DNA of 64,000 nucleotides, from contig CALLOA010000052.1 in assembly GCA_938005265.1 (NCBI GenBank), positions 1,408-65,407 on the forward strand, in the 5' to 3' direction. The DNA comes from an uncultured Granulosicoccaceae bacterium. GTDB lineage: Bacteria > Pseudomonadota > Gammaproteobacteria > Granulosicoccales > Granulosicoccaceae. The position numbers and the translations under genes are program-made. This document shows, in pieces, positions 9,249-18,664 of the stretch. Position 1 is the first letter of the stretch; each line of letters opens with the position of its first letter. A model generated the notes under the pieces. That model had not been told where the DNA came from. It searched no databases and worked only from the letters and a program-made list of their open reading frames with translations.

Positions 9249-10496
9249 ATGGCCATTAACAGCAATATGAAGATCAACGGCGAACGCCTGTGGGATTCGC
9301 TGATGGAGATGGCGAAAATTGGCCCGGGTGTCGCTGGTGGCAACAATCGCCAGACACTGACTGATGATGATGCCAAAGGGCGTGCGTTGTTCCAGAATTG
9401 GTGTGAGTCAGCGGGTTGCACCATGGGGCTGGATCAAATGGGTACGATGTTCGCGCGACGCGAAGGTACCGACCCGGATGCTTTGCCGGTTTATGTGGGT
9501 AGTCATCTTGATACCCAGCCCACAGGTGGTAAGTATGATGGTGTGCTGGGTGTGCTTGCCGGTCTGGAGATCATTCGTATGCTTAATGATCTCAACATCA
9601 AGACGCGTCATCCGATTGTTGTGGTCAACTGGACCAATGAAGAGGGAACACGCTTCGCACCACCCATGGTTGCCAGTGGTGTATTTGCCGGTGTGCATAC
9701 GCTCGACTGGGCCTATGATCGCACCGACGCGGACGGCTGTAAGCTCGGTGACGAGTTGCAACGTGTGGGTTATGTGGGTGAGGAAAAGGTGGGCGAGCGC
9801 AAGATGCATGCGTTCTTCGAGCTGCATATCGAACAGGGCCCGATACTCGAAGCTGAAAACAAGGACATCGGTGTGGTCACGCATGGCCAGGGTCTTAACT
9901 GGTTGCAGGTGACCTTGAGCGGTAGAGAAAGTCATACCGGTTCAACTCCGATGCCGATGCGAGTTAACGCTGGTCTGGGTATGGCAAAAATAACGCAGCT
10001 GGTGGACGACATAGCCTGGGGGCACGCGCCTCATGCGGTCGGTGCCATAGGGCATTGCGATGTTTACCCGAATTCTCGAAACATCATTCCCGGCAAAGTT
10101 GTGTTCACCATCGATTTCCGGCATCCGGATAAGGCCGTGATTGCTGCGATGGAAACCCAATTGCGTGAAGGTGCTGAGAAAATAGTTGAGGATATCGGTT
10201 TGCAAATGGAAATCGAACAGGTGGGCGGTTTTGATCCGGTAGAATTCGACAAAGGCTGTGTTGAAAAAGTCCGTGCAGCAGCTGAGCGGCTTGGGTACAG
10301 CCACCAGGATATCGTATCTGGTGCCGGCCATGACGCCTGCTGGATCAATCGCGTAGCACCTACCTGCATGGTGATGTGCCCTTGTGTTGACGGGCTATCG
10401 CACAATGAGGCTGAGGAGATTACTCAGGAATGGTCAACAGCGGGTGCCAATGTTCTTTTCCATGCTGTTGTTGAGACTGCAGGAATTGTAGATTGA
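9249..10496 (+). CDS. M20-family N-carbamoyl amidohydrolase (probable beta-ureidopropionase)
   Basis: 415 aa from ATG 9249, with an AAGGAG Shine-Dalgarno at 9237-9242. VGSHLDTQPTGGKYDGVLGV is typical of the amidase, hydantoinase/carbamoylase family. It sits between mmsA and dihydropyrimidinase. Confidence 0.8.
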   Translation: MAINSNMKINGERLWDSLMEMAKIGPGVAGGNNRQTLTDDDAKGRALFQNWCESAGCTMGLDQMGTMFARREGTDPDALPVYVGSHLDTQPTGGKYDGVLGVLAGLEIIRMLNDLNIKTRHPIVVVNWTNEEGTRFAPPMVASGVFAGVHTLDWAYDRTDADGCKLGDELQRVGYVGEEKVGERKMHAFFELHIEQGPILEAENKDIGVVTHGQGLNWLQVTLSGRESHTGSTPMPMRVNAGLGMAKITQLVDDIAWGHAPHAVGAIGHCDVYPNSRNIIPGKVVFTIDFRHPDKAVIAAMETQLREGAEKIVEDIGLQMEIEQVGGFDPVEFDKGCVEKVRAAAERLGYSHQDIVSGAGHDACWINRVAPTCMVMCPCVDGLSHNEAEEITQEWSTAGANVLFHAVVETAGIVD

Positions 10497-10562
10497 GTTG
10501 CTGCTGTTGAGTGCAGGCGTTCGTTCTGCCATAAAACGAAATTTCACGGAGGTTGATGTAGC

Positions 10563-12017
10563 ATGTCAAAAGTTATCAAGGGCGGCACCGTACTGACCGC
10601 TGATCGTACTTACAAAGCCGATGTTCTGGTTGAAGGTGGCAAGATTACAGCCATTGGAGACAACCTGGCTGGTGATGAAACACTGGATGCCAGTGGTTGT
10701 TATGTCATACCGGGTGGCATAGACCCTCACACTCATCTTGAAATGCCCTTTATGGGTACTTATTCCGCTGATGATTTCGAATCCGGAACGCGTGCGGCAC
10801 TTTCCGGTGGCACCACAACCGTTGTCGATTTTTGTTTGCCTTCGCCCGGTCAGTCATTGCTTGAAGCGCGGCAGATGTGGGACAACAAAACCAGCAAGGC
10901 TTCTTGTGATTTCTCTTTTCACATGGCGATTACCTGGTGGGGCGAACAGGTGTTTAATGAAATGGCAACCGTCGTTGACAGCGGTATCAACACCTTTAAA
11001 CACTTTCTGGCCTACAAAGGCGCACTGATGGTTAACGATGAGGAGTTGTATGCCTCGTTCAAGCGCTGCAGTGCTTTGGGAGGTATGCCATTAGTGCATG
11101 CAGAGAATGGTGATGTGGTTGCGCAACTGCAAGCGTCACTCATGGAAGAAGGTAACAATGGCCCTGAGGGACACGCCTATTCACGCCCGCCACAGGTTGA
11201 AGGTGAGGCCACCAATCGTGCCATCATGATTGCCGATATGGCTGGCGTGCCCCTGTACGTGGTACATGTATCCTGCGAAGAATCACATGAAGCCATCAGG
11301 CGGGCCCGTCAAAATGGCATGCGCGTTTTTGGCGAACCTTTGATTCAGCATCTGGTGCTCGATGAATCTGAATACTTCCATGAAGACTGGGATCATTCGG
11401 CGCGTCGCGTTATGTCGCCACCGTTTCGCAACAAACAACACCAGGATTCACTGTGGGCAGGATTGGCGGCCGGTAGTTTACAGGTGGTTGCGACTGACCA
11501 CTGTGCATTTACCACTGAACAGAAGCGCATGGGTATAGGCGATTTCACCAAGATACCTAACGGTACCGGTGGTCTGGAAGACCGCTTGCCGGTTCTTTGG
11601 ACCTACGGTGTGGGCACCGGTCGTCTGACGATGAATGAATTTGTTGCCGTGACCTCAACCAACATTGCGAAGATACTCAATATGTACCCGCAAAAAGGGG
11701 CCATTCTTGAAGGCAGTGATGCTGACATTGTCGTTTGGGATCCGGAACGAACCGAAACCATCAGTGCGGCCAAACAAAACTCCGCCATTGATTACAACGT
11801 GTTTGAAGGTGTGGAAGTCAAAGGTCTGCCACGTTTCACTTTAACGCGTGGCCATGTAGCCTGTCGTGAAGATGAAATGAATACCGAAGAAGGGCATGGA
11901 CGGTTCGTACCGCGTGATGCTTATCCTGCGACGAATCGTGCACTTTCGGTATGGAAGGACATTACCGCACCTCAGCCGGTGGCACGTGATCCATCGAAAA
12001 TGCCGGCGGGCGTTTAA
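10563..12017 (+). CDS. Dihydropyrimidinase / D-hydantoinase
   Basis: 484 aa. Cyclic-amidohydrolase motifs are GGIDPHTHLEMPF, FKHFLAYKG (carbamylated-Lys region), HAENGD and ATDHCAF. Confidence 0.9.
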   Translation: MSKVIKGGTVLTADRTYKADVLVEGGKITAIGDNLAGDETLDASGCYVIPGGIDPHTHLEMPFMGTYSADDFESGTRAALSGGTTTVVDFCLPSPGQSLLEARQMWDNKTSKASCDFSFHMAITWWGEQVFNEMATVVDSGINTFKHFLAYKGALMVNDEELYASFKRCSALGGMPLVHAENGDVVAQLQASLMEEGNNGPEGHAYSRPPQVEGEATNRAIMIADMAGVPLYVVHVSCEESHEAIRRARQNGMRVFGEPLIQHLVLDESEYFHEDWDHSARRVMSPPFRNKQHQDSLWAGLAAGSLQVVATDHCAFTTEQKRMGIGDFTKIPNGTGGLEDRLPVLWTYGVGTGRLTMNEFVAVTSTNIAKILNMYPQKGAILEGSDADIVVWDPERTETISAAKQNSAIDYNVFEGVEVKGLPRFTLTRGHVACREDEMNTEEGHGRFVPRDAYPATNRALSVWKDITAPQPVARDPSKMPAGV

Positions 12018-12115
12018 TCACCGGTTTTTGCCACGCAGTGGTTTACCCAAATGGTGTGCAAAAGTGTTGCGCGCAAGCTGTGCCCAAGTGACTGATCAAT
12101 CATGTCAATAGACCC

Positions 12116-12925
12116 ATGACAGCAGAATCGGAACAGAAATCCGACCAGGTAATCAGCATCGAAAACCTGTCGTTGACCTTCCAGACTTCAGATGCGCCAG
12201 TGCATGCTTTGGCTGATATCGATCTACAAGTGGAGCAGGGTGCTTTTGTTTCCCTGATCGGGCCTTCAGGCTGCGGTAAGACTACCTTGTTACGGGTAAT
12301 AGCCGATCTGGAAACACCAACATCCGGCGCTATCAGCGTTAATGGTGTTACTCCACATGAGGCGCGTTTGCAGCGTGCCTACGGTTATGTTTTTCAGGCG
12401 GCATCACTCTACCCCTGGCGCAACATTGCGAAAAATGTTGCCTTGCCGCTTGAAATAATGTCACTACCCAAGGCTGAGCGGGAACGTCGCATAAAAGCCA
12501 ATCTCGAGCTCGTGGATCTGGCTGGGTTTGAAAAAAAATACCCCTGGCAACTTTCCGGTGGAATGCAACAGCGTGCATCAATTGCCAGGGCACTGGCTGT
12601 GGAACCGGCACTGCTGCTGATGGATGAACCGTTTGGTGCACTGGACGAGATTGTGCGTGATCATCTGAACGAGCAGCTGCTGCAGTTGTGGGCCAAAACC
12701 AGTAAGACGGTGGTTTTTGTTACGCACTCAATTCCTGAAGCCGTTTTTCTGTCGACGCATATCGTTGTTATGTCGCCACGCCCGGGACGAATACACGAGA
12801 TTATTGTTAATGATTTGCCGGCCGAACGTACACTTGATGTGCGTGAAACGCCGGAGTTTCTACAAATTGCCAATCGTGTGCGTGCCGGCTTGCGCGCGAG
12901 CCATAGTTATGACGACATCACCTGA
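12116..12925 (+). CDS. ABC transporter ATP-binding protein (NitT/TauT family)
   Basis: 269 aa with Walker A GPSGCGKTT, signature LSGGMQQR and Walker B LLLMDEPFGALD. Confidence 0.9.
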   Translation: MTAESEQKSDQVISIENLSLTFQTSDAPVHALADIDLQVEQGAFVSLIGPSGCGKTTLLRVIADLETPTSGAISVNGVTPHEARLQRAYGYVFQAASLYPWRNIAKNVALPLEIMSLPKAERERRIKANLELVDLAGFEKKYPWQLSGGMQQRASIARALAVEPALLLMDEPFGALDEIVRDHLNEQLLQLWAKTSKTVVFVTHSIPEAVFLSTHIVVMSPRPGRIHEIIVNDLPAERTLDVRETPEFLQIANRVRAGLRASHSYDDIT

Positions 12926-13844
12926 AGAAGCTCGCCCGGTTGTGAAGCCAAAGCCGGGCAAGGCAGGCCCGGTCATGGTGGTACTGCTGGCGCTAATGAT
13001 GTTGTGGTATGTCTTTACGGTGATTCTCAACACGCCATGGCAAAAGGATGTTTTTAAACGTGCTGATAACAAAGATTGGAATATGGTTGAACTGGTCAAG
13101 GGAACCATGGCACAGGAGCGCCCGGTTTTGCCGGCACCTCACCAGGTTGCAACGGAGATTTACAAAACCACGGTACAGAAAAAGATCACTTCCAAGCGCA
13201 GTCTGATTTACCACTCGAGGATTACACTAACTACAGCGTTGCTAGGTTTTTTACTAGGCACCTTGCTTGGAATTGCGCTGGCGGTCGCCATAATTCATAA
13301 CCGTGCGCTCGATAAAAGTTTGATGCCATGGATCATCGCCTCGCAAACTATTCCGATACTGGCGATCGCGCCGATGATTATTGTCGTGCTCAATGCCGTA
13401 GGTATACAGGGTCTGCTGCCGAAGGCCTTTATTTCGACTTATCTCAGCTTTTTTCCCGTTGCTGTGGGGATGGTCAAGGGTCTACGCTCCCCGGAGAGTA
13501 GCCATCTGGACTTACTGCGTACCTACAATGCGTCACCCTCTCAGATTTTCTGGAAACTGCGTCTGCCATCGGCCTTGCCCTATCTTTTTACCAGTATGAA
13601 AATCGCTGTCGCGATAGCGATGGTTGGTGCCATTGTTGGTGAATTACCCACCGGTGCGGTTGCCGGGCTGGGTGCACGGCTGCTGGCTGGTTCATACTAT
13701 GGCCAGACCATCCAGATCTGGTCGGCTTTGATTATGGCATCGATCCTTGCCGCACTTTTGGTAACGCTGGTTGGTTTGGTCGGTGCCTGGGTGCAGGCGC
13801 GTTTCGGTTTTCGCGAGACGCAGCTTTCCGGTAAGGGCATATGA
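12909..13844 (+). CDS. ABC transporter permease
   Basis: 311 aa from ATG 12909, overlapping the ATPase stop by 17 nt. The ORF track start at 12717 lies out of frame inside the ATPase gene. It is a multi-TM protein with a typical binding-protein-dependent permease core. Confidence 0.8.
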   Translation: MTTSPEEARPVVKPKPGKAGPVMVVLLALMMLWYVFTVILNTPWQKDVFKRADNKDWNMVELVKGTMAQERPVLPAPHQVATEIYKTTVQKKITSKRSLIYHSRITLTTALLGFLLGTLLGIALAVAIIHNRALDKSLMPWIIASQTIPILAIAPMIIVVLNAVGIQGLLPKAFISTYLSFFPVAVGMVKGLRSPESSHLDLLRTYNASPSQIFWKLRLPSALPYLFTSMKIAVAIAMVGAIVGELPTGAVAGLGARLLAGSYYGQTIQIWSALIMASILAALLVTLVGLVGAWVQARFGFRETQLSGKGI

Positions 13845-14998
13845 AAAGTTTACGCGGAGCACTGGTACTTATCGCCACTGTAGCAGCTGCTATAGCCCTG
13901 ATTGCTGGTTTGTGGATCGGCCCCTTGATTTCAGTTGCCGCCTTTATTGCGTTATTTGTTTCATGCCAATGTGGTTTTTCGCTCCTTCGTACCGACCCCA
14001 TGGACGCTAACTCGTCTGTCGTGTGGCAAGATCGAGCCATCGTGATTGCGATGTTGTCGTTCGGCACTGTTTTTGGCAGTTATGTGTTGCTGCATCAGCT
14101 GGGTATTTTTGAATCTGCTGATTCACCTGAGCCGGGATTTGCGTTTTATTCACTGGTTGTTTCTATCTGGGCTCTTGGCTGGCTTCTGGTTGAATGGTTG
14201 GCAGATATTGATTCGCGACGTGGGTTCGTGAGGCGCATTCTGGGCGTCGTAATACCAGTGTTGTTTGGTGCCGGTCTGCTGATGCTGTGGGAAGTATTGA
14301 CTCGAGCGTTGGATGTTCCGCAGGTTTTGCTTCCCTCACCAAGCGCTATCGCTGAACGGTTTGGAAATTCCTTGTCAGTGTTGTGGGCCGATTTCAAACA
14401 AACGTTCCTGAAAGCTGTGCTGATTGGTTATGCAATGGGTTGTGGTAGTGGTTTCCTGATAGCTATTTTGATTGATCGTTCACCGTTTTTACAGCGAGGC
14501 CTGCTGCCTGTTGGTAATCTGGTATCTGCGCTACCTATCGTTGGCATAGCGCCCATCATGGTTATGTGGTTTGGCTTCGATTGGCCTTCGAAGGCTGCAG
14601 TCGTTGTGGTCATGACGTTTTTTCCCATGCTGGTTAACACCATAAGCGGCCTGGCTGCATCCGATCACATGCAACTGGATCTAATGAAAACCTATGCTGC
14701 CAACTACTGGCAAAACCTGTTCAAGCTTCGCCTTCCCCAGGCGGCACCGTTTATTTTTAATGCTTTGAAAATAAACTCTACGCTGGCGCTGATCGGTGCG
14801 ATTGTCGCTGAGTTTTTTGGCACACCGATAGTTGGTATGGGGTTTCGTATTTCTACCGAAGTGGGGCGTATGAATGTAGATATGGTTTGGGCTGAAATTG
14901 CGGTAGCCGCTGTGGCTGGTTCCTGCTTTTATGGCCTGATTGCCTTGATTGAGCGGATGCTGACGTTCTGGCATCCGTCTGTTCGTTCCGGCCGTTAG
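13841..14998 (+). CDS. ABC transporter permease with extra N-terminal membrane extension
   Basis: 385 aa. The ATG overlaps the upstream stop (ATGA at 13841-13844). The C-terminal ~250 aa form the permease core. The N-terminal ~125 aa add further hydrophobic helices. Confidence 0.8.
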   Translation: MKSLRGALVLIATVAAAIALIAGLWIGPLISVAAFIALFVSCQCGFSLLRTDPMDANSSVVWQDRAIVIAMLSFGTVFGSYVLLHQLGIFESADSPEPGFAFYSLVVSIWALGWLLVEWLADIDSRRGFVRRILGVVIPVLFGAGLLMLWEVLTRALDVPQVLLPSPSAIAERFGNSLSVLWADFKQTFLKAVLIGYAMGCGSGFLIAILIDRSPFLQRGLLPVGNLVSALPIVGIAPIMVMWFGFDWPSKAAVVVVMTFFPMLVNTISGLAASDHMQLDLMKTYAANYWQNLFKLRLPQAAPFIFNALKINSTLALIGAIVAEFFGTPIVGMGFRISTEVGRMNVDMVWAEIAVAAVAGSCFYGLIALIERMLTFWHPSVRSGR

Positions 14999-15112
14999 TG
15001 TTGGTCAGATAGCAGTTGCCCTGCTATGACGCGCGTGCAACTTGTTGTAAAACGGCCGTGGTAAACAAAACCGCAGATGTATAACAATGAAAGGATGAAA
15101 GAGGAGATAAAA

Positions 15113-16120
15113 ATGAAATTATCAAAAAACTCACTGCTTAAACTGGGTGCTTCACTTGGGATGTCAGTTACGCTTTTAGCTGGCGCTTCATTCGCGCAAG
15201 CAAAAGACAAAGTAACCCTGCAGCTTAAGTGGGTTACCCAGGCACAATTTGCAGGCTATTACGTTGCCCAGGAACAGGGGTTCTATGATGAGGTCGATCT
15301 GGACGTTGAAATTAAACCGGGTGGGCCCGACATTGCTCCACCTCAAGTCATAGCAGGCGGCGGTGCTGATGTCATTGTTGACTGGATGCCTTCGGCTCTC
15401 GCCAGCCGTGAGAAAGGTGTAGCGCTGGTTAATATTGCTCAGCCGTTCAAGCGCTCGGGCATGATGCTAACCTGCCGCAAAGAGACCGGTATCACCAAGC
15501 CTGAAGACTTTGCCGGGCGTACGCTGGGTGTCTGGTTTTTCGGCAATGAGTATCCATTTCTGAGCTGGATGTCACAGCTGGGAATTTCGACGGAAGGCGG
15601 TGACGGTGTCACTGTATTGAAGCAGGGTTTTAATGTTGATCCCATTTTGCAAAAGCAGGCTGACTGCATTTCGACAATGACCTATAACGAGTACTGGCAG
15701 GTTATTGATGCAGGTATCCCTGAAGAAGAGCTGGTGGTCTTCAAATATGAAGAGCAGGGTGTGTCAACCATGGAAGATGGTCTGTATGTTCTTGAGGAAA
15801 ATCTTAAGGACGAGGCTTTTGTCGACAAGATGGCGCGATTTGTTCAGGCTTCAATGAAGGGCTGGGCTTGGGCGCGAGATAACAGTGATGCGGCCGCTGA
15901 CATCGTTCTTGAAAATGATGCAACGGGTGCACAAACTGAAAAGCACCAGCGCCGCATGATGGGTGAAATCAATAAGCTGACCGAAGGTTCTGACGGTAAG
16001 CTGGACCCTGCGGATTTTGACCGCACCGTTGCAACGTTGTTGTCGGGCGGTTCGGATCCTGTGATTACGAAAGAGCCCGAAGGTGCATGGACCCATGCTG
16101 TTATTGACAAGGCTCAGTAG
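15113..16120 (+). CDS. Periplasmic substrate-binding protein, NMT1/THI5-like (NitT/TauT family)
   Basis: 335 aa from ATG 15113, with a GAGGAG Shine-Dalgarno at 15101-15106. The signal peptide is MKLSKNSLLKLGASLGMSVTLLAGASFAQA. It is the last gene of the ABC set. Confidence 0.8.
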   Translation: MKLSKNSLLKLGASLGMSVTLLAGASFAQAKDKVTLQLKWVTQAQFAGYYVAQEQGFYDEVDLDVEIKPGGPDIAPPQVIAGGGADVIVDWMPSALASREKGVALVNIAQPFKRSGMMLTCRKETGITKPEDFAGRTLGVWFFGNEYPFLSWMSQLGISTEGGDGVTVLKQGFNVDPILQKQADCISTMTYNEYWQVIDAGIPEEELVVFKYEEQGVSTMEDGLYVLEENLKDEAFVDKMARFVQASMKGWAWARDNSDAAADIVLENDATGAQTEKHQRRMMGEINKLTEGSDGKLDPADFDRTVATLLSGGSDPVITKEPEGAWTHAVIDKAQ

Positions 16121-16206
16121 TTCAGGCTCTGCAGTGGCAGGAATTGACTTTTGTGCCATAAAGCTGCAATTGCTTGTTGCCCTCAGTTAAAAAGGCTTGC
16201 AGGTAT

Positions 16207-16230
16207 GTGTGTCGCAACTTTGCGACACAC
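16207..16230. terminator. Perfect 10-bp hairpin between convergent genes (terminator-like)
   Basis: GTGTGTCGCA-actt-TGCGACACAC lies between the binding-protein stop (16120) and the PRT stop (16236). There is no clean T-tract on either side. Confidence 0.5.
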
Positions 16231-16235
16231 GCCTG

Positions 16236-16817
16236 TTACTTTGAACGCTGAATAAGGTTTGCCAGGTAGGGTTTGTTTTTCTGTATGTCATCTTCGCTTA
16301 ACCCGGACATTTCGTAGGGCATAACCAGCCAGTCTTCGGTTTTGTACAAGTAATAGTCAGGCTCACGTTGAGTTTTCTTTCTTGACGGTTTCCACCAGGG
16401 TACAGCGACCCTGACTTCATCCGGCATATTTCGTTTTAATCTTCCCGACAGGCGTGTTATCACGGCTTCCACATTGAGACCGGAGCTCATGACATCATCA
16501 ACGATCAGAAGCTTGTCGTCAGCGTTAAGGTTTTCCAGAAGATATTGAGTTCCGTGGATGCGAATTTCCTGTTCCGCATTGTCAACCATTTGCTGGTAAC
16601 TATCGACACCACGATAGCTGGTTCGGATACAGATATGATCGGTTTCGACCCCCAGGTATTGCAGACATTCCTGTACTGATATTCCCACACTACTGCCACC
16701 GCGCCACAAGCCCACTATAAAAGACGGGCGAAACCCGCTGTTATAAATCTGCACGCCGAGCCTGTAGGCATCCTGCAGCAACTGCTCTTCGTCGATGAAT
16801 TTCTTTTTCGTAGTCAC
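16236..16817 (-). CDS. Type I phosphoribosyltransferase, Gpt/Hpt-like
   Basis: 193 aa with a GTG start. It has the PRPP loop LLIVDDVMSSGLN and a C-terminal DYYLYKTEDWLVMPYE segment reminiscent of Gpt. Confidence 0.7.
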   Translation of the reverse strand: MTTKKKFIDEEQLLQDAYRLGVQIYNSGFRPSFIVGLWRGGSSVGISVQECLQYLGVETDHICIRTSYRGVDSYQQMVDNAEQEIRIHGTQYLLENLNADDKLLIVDDVMSSGLNVEAVITRLSGRLKRNMPDEVRVAVPWWKPSRKKTQREPDYYLYKTEDWLVMPYEMSGLSEDDIQKNKPYLANLIQRSK

Positions 16818-16920
16818 GTCTGAATATTACCAGTATCGACTACTAAGCGTGTATGATTTCAGGGTATTTAACTGAAGATGGTGCGGTACACCGCGCCGTG
16901 TCTGGACTGCCTCTGAACCT

Positions 16921-17514
16921 GTGCCTGAAACCTTGTCTAAAACTACAGCCGCCCCTGAGAAACTCTACCTGGATGCCCAACAGCTGCTTGAAGATTCGTT
17001 CAAGCTTGCCGGTATGGTGCTGGAGAGTGGTTTCCATCCGACCTTCATTGCTGCAGTCTGGCGCGGTGGCGCACCGATGGGTATCGCAGTACAGGAGTTA
17101 CTTGCCTATCACGGAATAGAGACAGACCACATAGCTATTCGATCGTCGGCCTATCACGGTATTGATAATCAAGCAAGTAGTGTGAAAGTTTTCGGGCTTA
17201 ACTATCTCACCAAAAAAATTCGCTATGAAGATCGTTTGCTATTGGTTGATGATGTATTCGATACTGGCAAGAGCATCGATACGATCATTGCGGATTTAAA
17301 CACCCGTGCAAGAAAAAACACTCCCCATGACATCCGTGTGGCTGTGCCGTATTACAAACCGACTCGCAGCCTTTCAAGCAGAGTGCCGGACTATTACCTG
17401 CACGAGACGCAGGCCTGGTTGAAATTTCCACATTCGCTGGAAGGGCTTACTGAAGAAGAGGTTCGCACCAATCGTCCGAAACTTTTTGAAATTTTGCAGC
17501 AAGCAAGAAACTAG
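16921..17514 (+). CDS. Type I phosphoribosyltransferase, Gpt/Hpt-like (paralogue of 16236-16817)
   Basis: 197 aa with a GTG start. It has the PRPP loop LLLVDDVFDTGKS and is alignable with the neighbour over its full length (GFxPxFIxxxWRGGxxxGIxVQExLxYxGxETDHIxIR). Confidence 0.7.
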   Translation: MPETLSKTTAAPEKLYLDAQQLLEDSFKLAGMVLESGFHPTFIAAVWRGGAPMGIAVQELLAYHGIETDHIAIRSSAYHGIDNQASSVKVFGLNYLTKKIRYEDRLLLVDDVFDTGKSIDTIIADLNTRARKNTPHDIRVAVPYYKPTRSLSSRVPDYYLHETQAWLKFPHSLEGLTEEEVRTNRPKLFEILQQARN

Positions 17515-17785
17515 CCGCATTGGTTAAAACCGTTCTATCTGTTTGATTCGTTTCGAAACCTTCCTATTGCATTATTATTCAGCTCGTTCCTTTGCGAGTT
17601 TGCATTCATGATCGAGTGCAAAATGCGTTGCTAACTGTGTGGAACAGTTGACAACTTCCACTGTTTCAAATGCCATGCGACAAAGTTATACTTGGTTGAA
17701 CACAGCGTATTTCTGGAGTCGCAAAAGTTTATCAATCTCGAAACGGAAATTGCATAGCTGTGACTTTGTGCATTGCTGTGGCTTT

Positions 17786-17825
17786 GCAAACGCTGGCAAA
17801 GGTTGGCAAACGCTGGCAAACGCTG
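17786..17825. repeat. 10-bp tandem repeat x4 (GCAAACGCTG; copy 2 degenerate)
   Basis: The array reads GCAAACGCTG GCAAAGGTTG GCAAACGCTG GCAAACGCTG. It lies inside the 608-bp non-coding gap. Confidence 0.9.
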
Positions 17826-18122
17826 CTAAGGGCTCGCTTGAGATTATGTTGTCATGACAAACCTTAGCATGACAGACCAAGGATAAGACTGAAGCAGGAA
17901 AAAACTGCTGCAGCAAAAACTGTAACGGAATACCATTGGCTCGTTTGTTAATTGTGAGAATTCGAAGTTGTACAAAAAATAAACAGTGTCCCGAGTTTTC
18001 GTTCAGCTGTTTATTTTTACCAGCCTCCCCAGGGGTTGCTTCTTCGACCTGCAGCTTTAAGCTGTACAACCTGTTTGTTGTCTGGTGTTTCCAGATATTA
18101 GTCAAGGTCATATTTGCTCCGC

Positions 18123-18659
18123 ATGAATCAACCGAATACTGTTTGTCTACTTGATGATTTCCAATCAAAACGTAAACAAAAAGAAAGGAGCCCGGCTGAC
18201 GGCGGTGATGCCGCGCTAGTTGACGCTCTTGCAGAGGTAGTACCTTTTACCAGGCCAACCACCTACCTGGCATTGCTTGAGCTTGATGATCTTCTCAGTT
18301 ACAAAATGTTGTACAGCGAACTTGATCTTCAGCTATTGCTTGGCAAGATATCCGCGCTGTTGCAGCGGGAATTTGGCAGGGGAGTGGTCAGGCGTGAAAA
18401 AAACTGTTTTCTTCTGGGTCACAACCAATTTGAATCGTTGGTCGCAGGTTTGTTGCGCGTGCAGTTCTACGCAAATATGGAAGACTTGCCGGAATTCAAT
18501 ATTTTTGGAGAATCCAGTACGCAGGAAGGAATCACGTTGACGTGGGGTATCGGCAAAACGGCGGAAGATGCGCAACTTGATCTTGGCCGTAAGCGCATGC
18601 AGAAAAAAACTCGCCGTACTCGTCGCGGGCGTAAGAGGCACAAGCAAATCCAGGAGTAG
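18123..18659 (+). CDS. Hypothetical protein with Arg/Lys-rich C-terminal tail
   Basis: 178 aa from ATG 18123, with no confident family. By eye the core (ALLELDDLLSYKM...GKISALLQREFGRGVVRREKNCFLLG...ITLTWGIG) loosely resembles a degenerate GGDEF fold without the GGDEF motif. The tail is KKTRRTRRGRKRHK. The stop is 5 nt before the next gene. Confidence 0.45.
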   Translation: MNQPNTVCLLDDFQSKRKQKERSPADGGDAALVDALAEVVPFTRPTTYLALLELDDLLSYKMLYSELDLQLLLGKISALLQREFGRGVVRREKNCFLLGHNQFESLVAGLLRVQFYANMEDLPEFNIFGESSTQEGITLTWGIGKTAEDAQLDLGRKRMQKKTRRTRRGRKRHKQIQE

Positions 18660-18664
18660 CTACA

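Noticed and set aside
12717-12908. Upstream part of the 375-aa ORF for the first ABC permease
   Set aside because: It lies out of frame inside the ABC ATPase gene and encodes Cys/Arg-rich nonsense. The hydrophobic permease sequence begins at ATG 12909.
17786-17825. The GCAAACG units as PurR half-sites, or the TGGCA repeats as a sigma-54 -24/-12 promoter
   Set aside because: PurR operators are inverted repeats (GCAAACGTTTGC), whereas these are direct repeats. The GG-to-GC spacing in TGGCAaacgcTGGCA is one nucleotide short of the sigma-54 consensus TGGCAC-N5-TTGC.
17686-18168. 160-aa minus-strand ORF filling the 608-bp gap
   Set aside because: It has no recognisable domain, it is AT-rich and repeat-derived (it spans the 10-bp tandem repeat), and it overlaps the start of the plus-strand orphan gene. 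I treat it as spurious, though this has not been tested experimentally.
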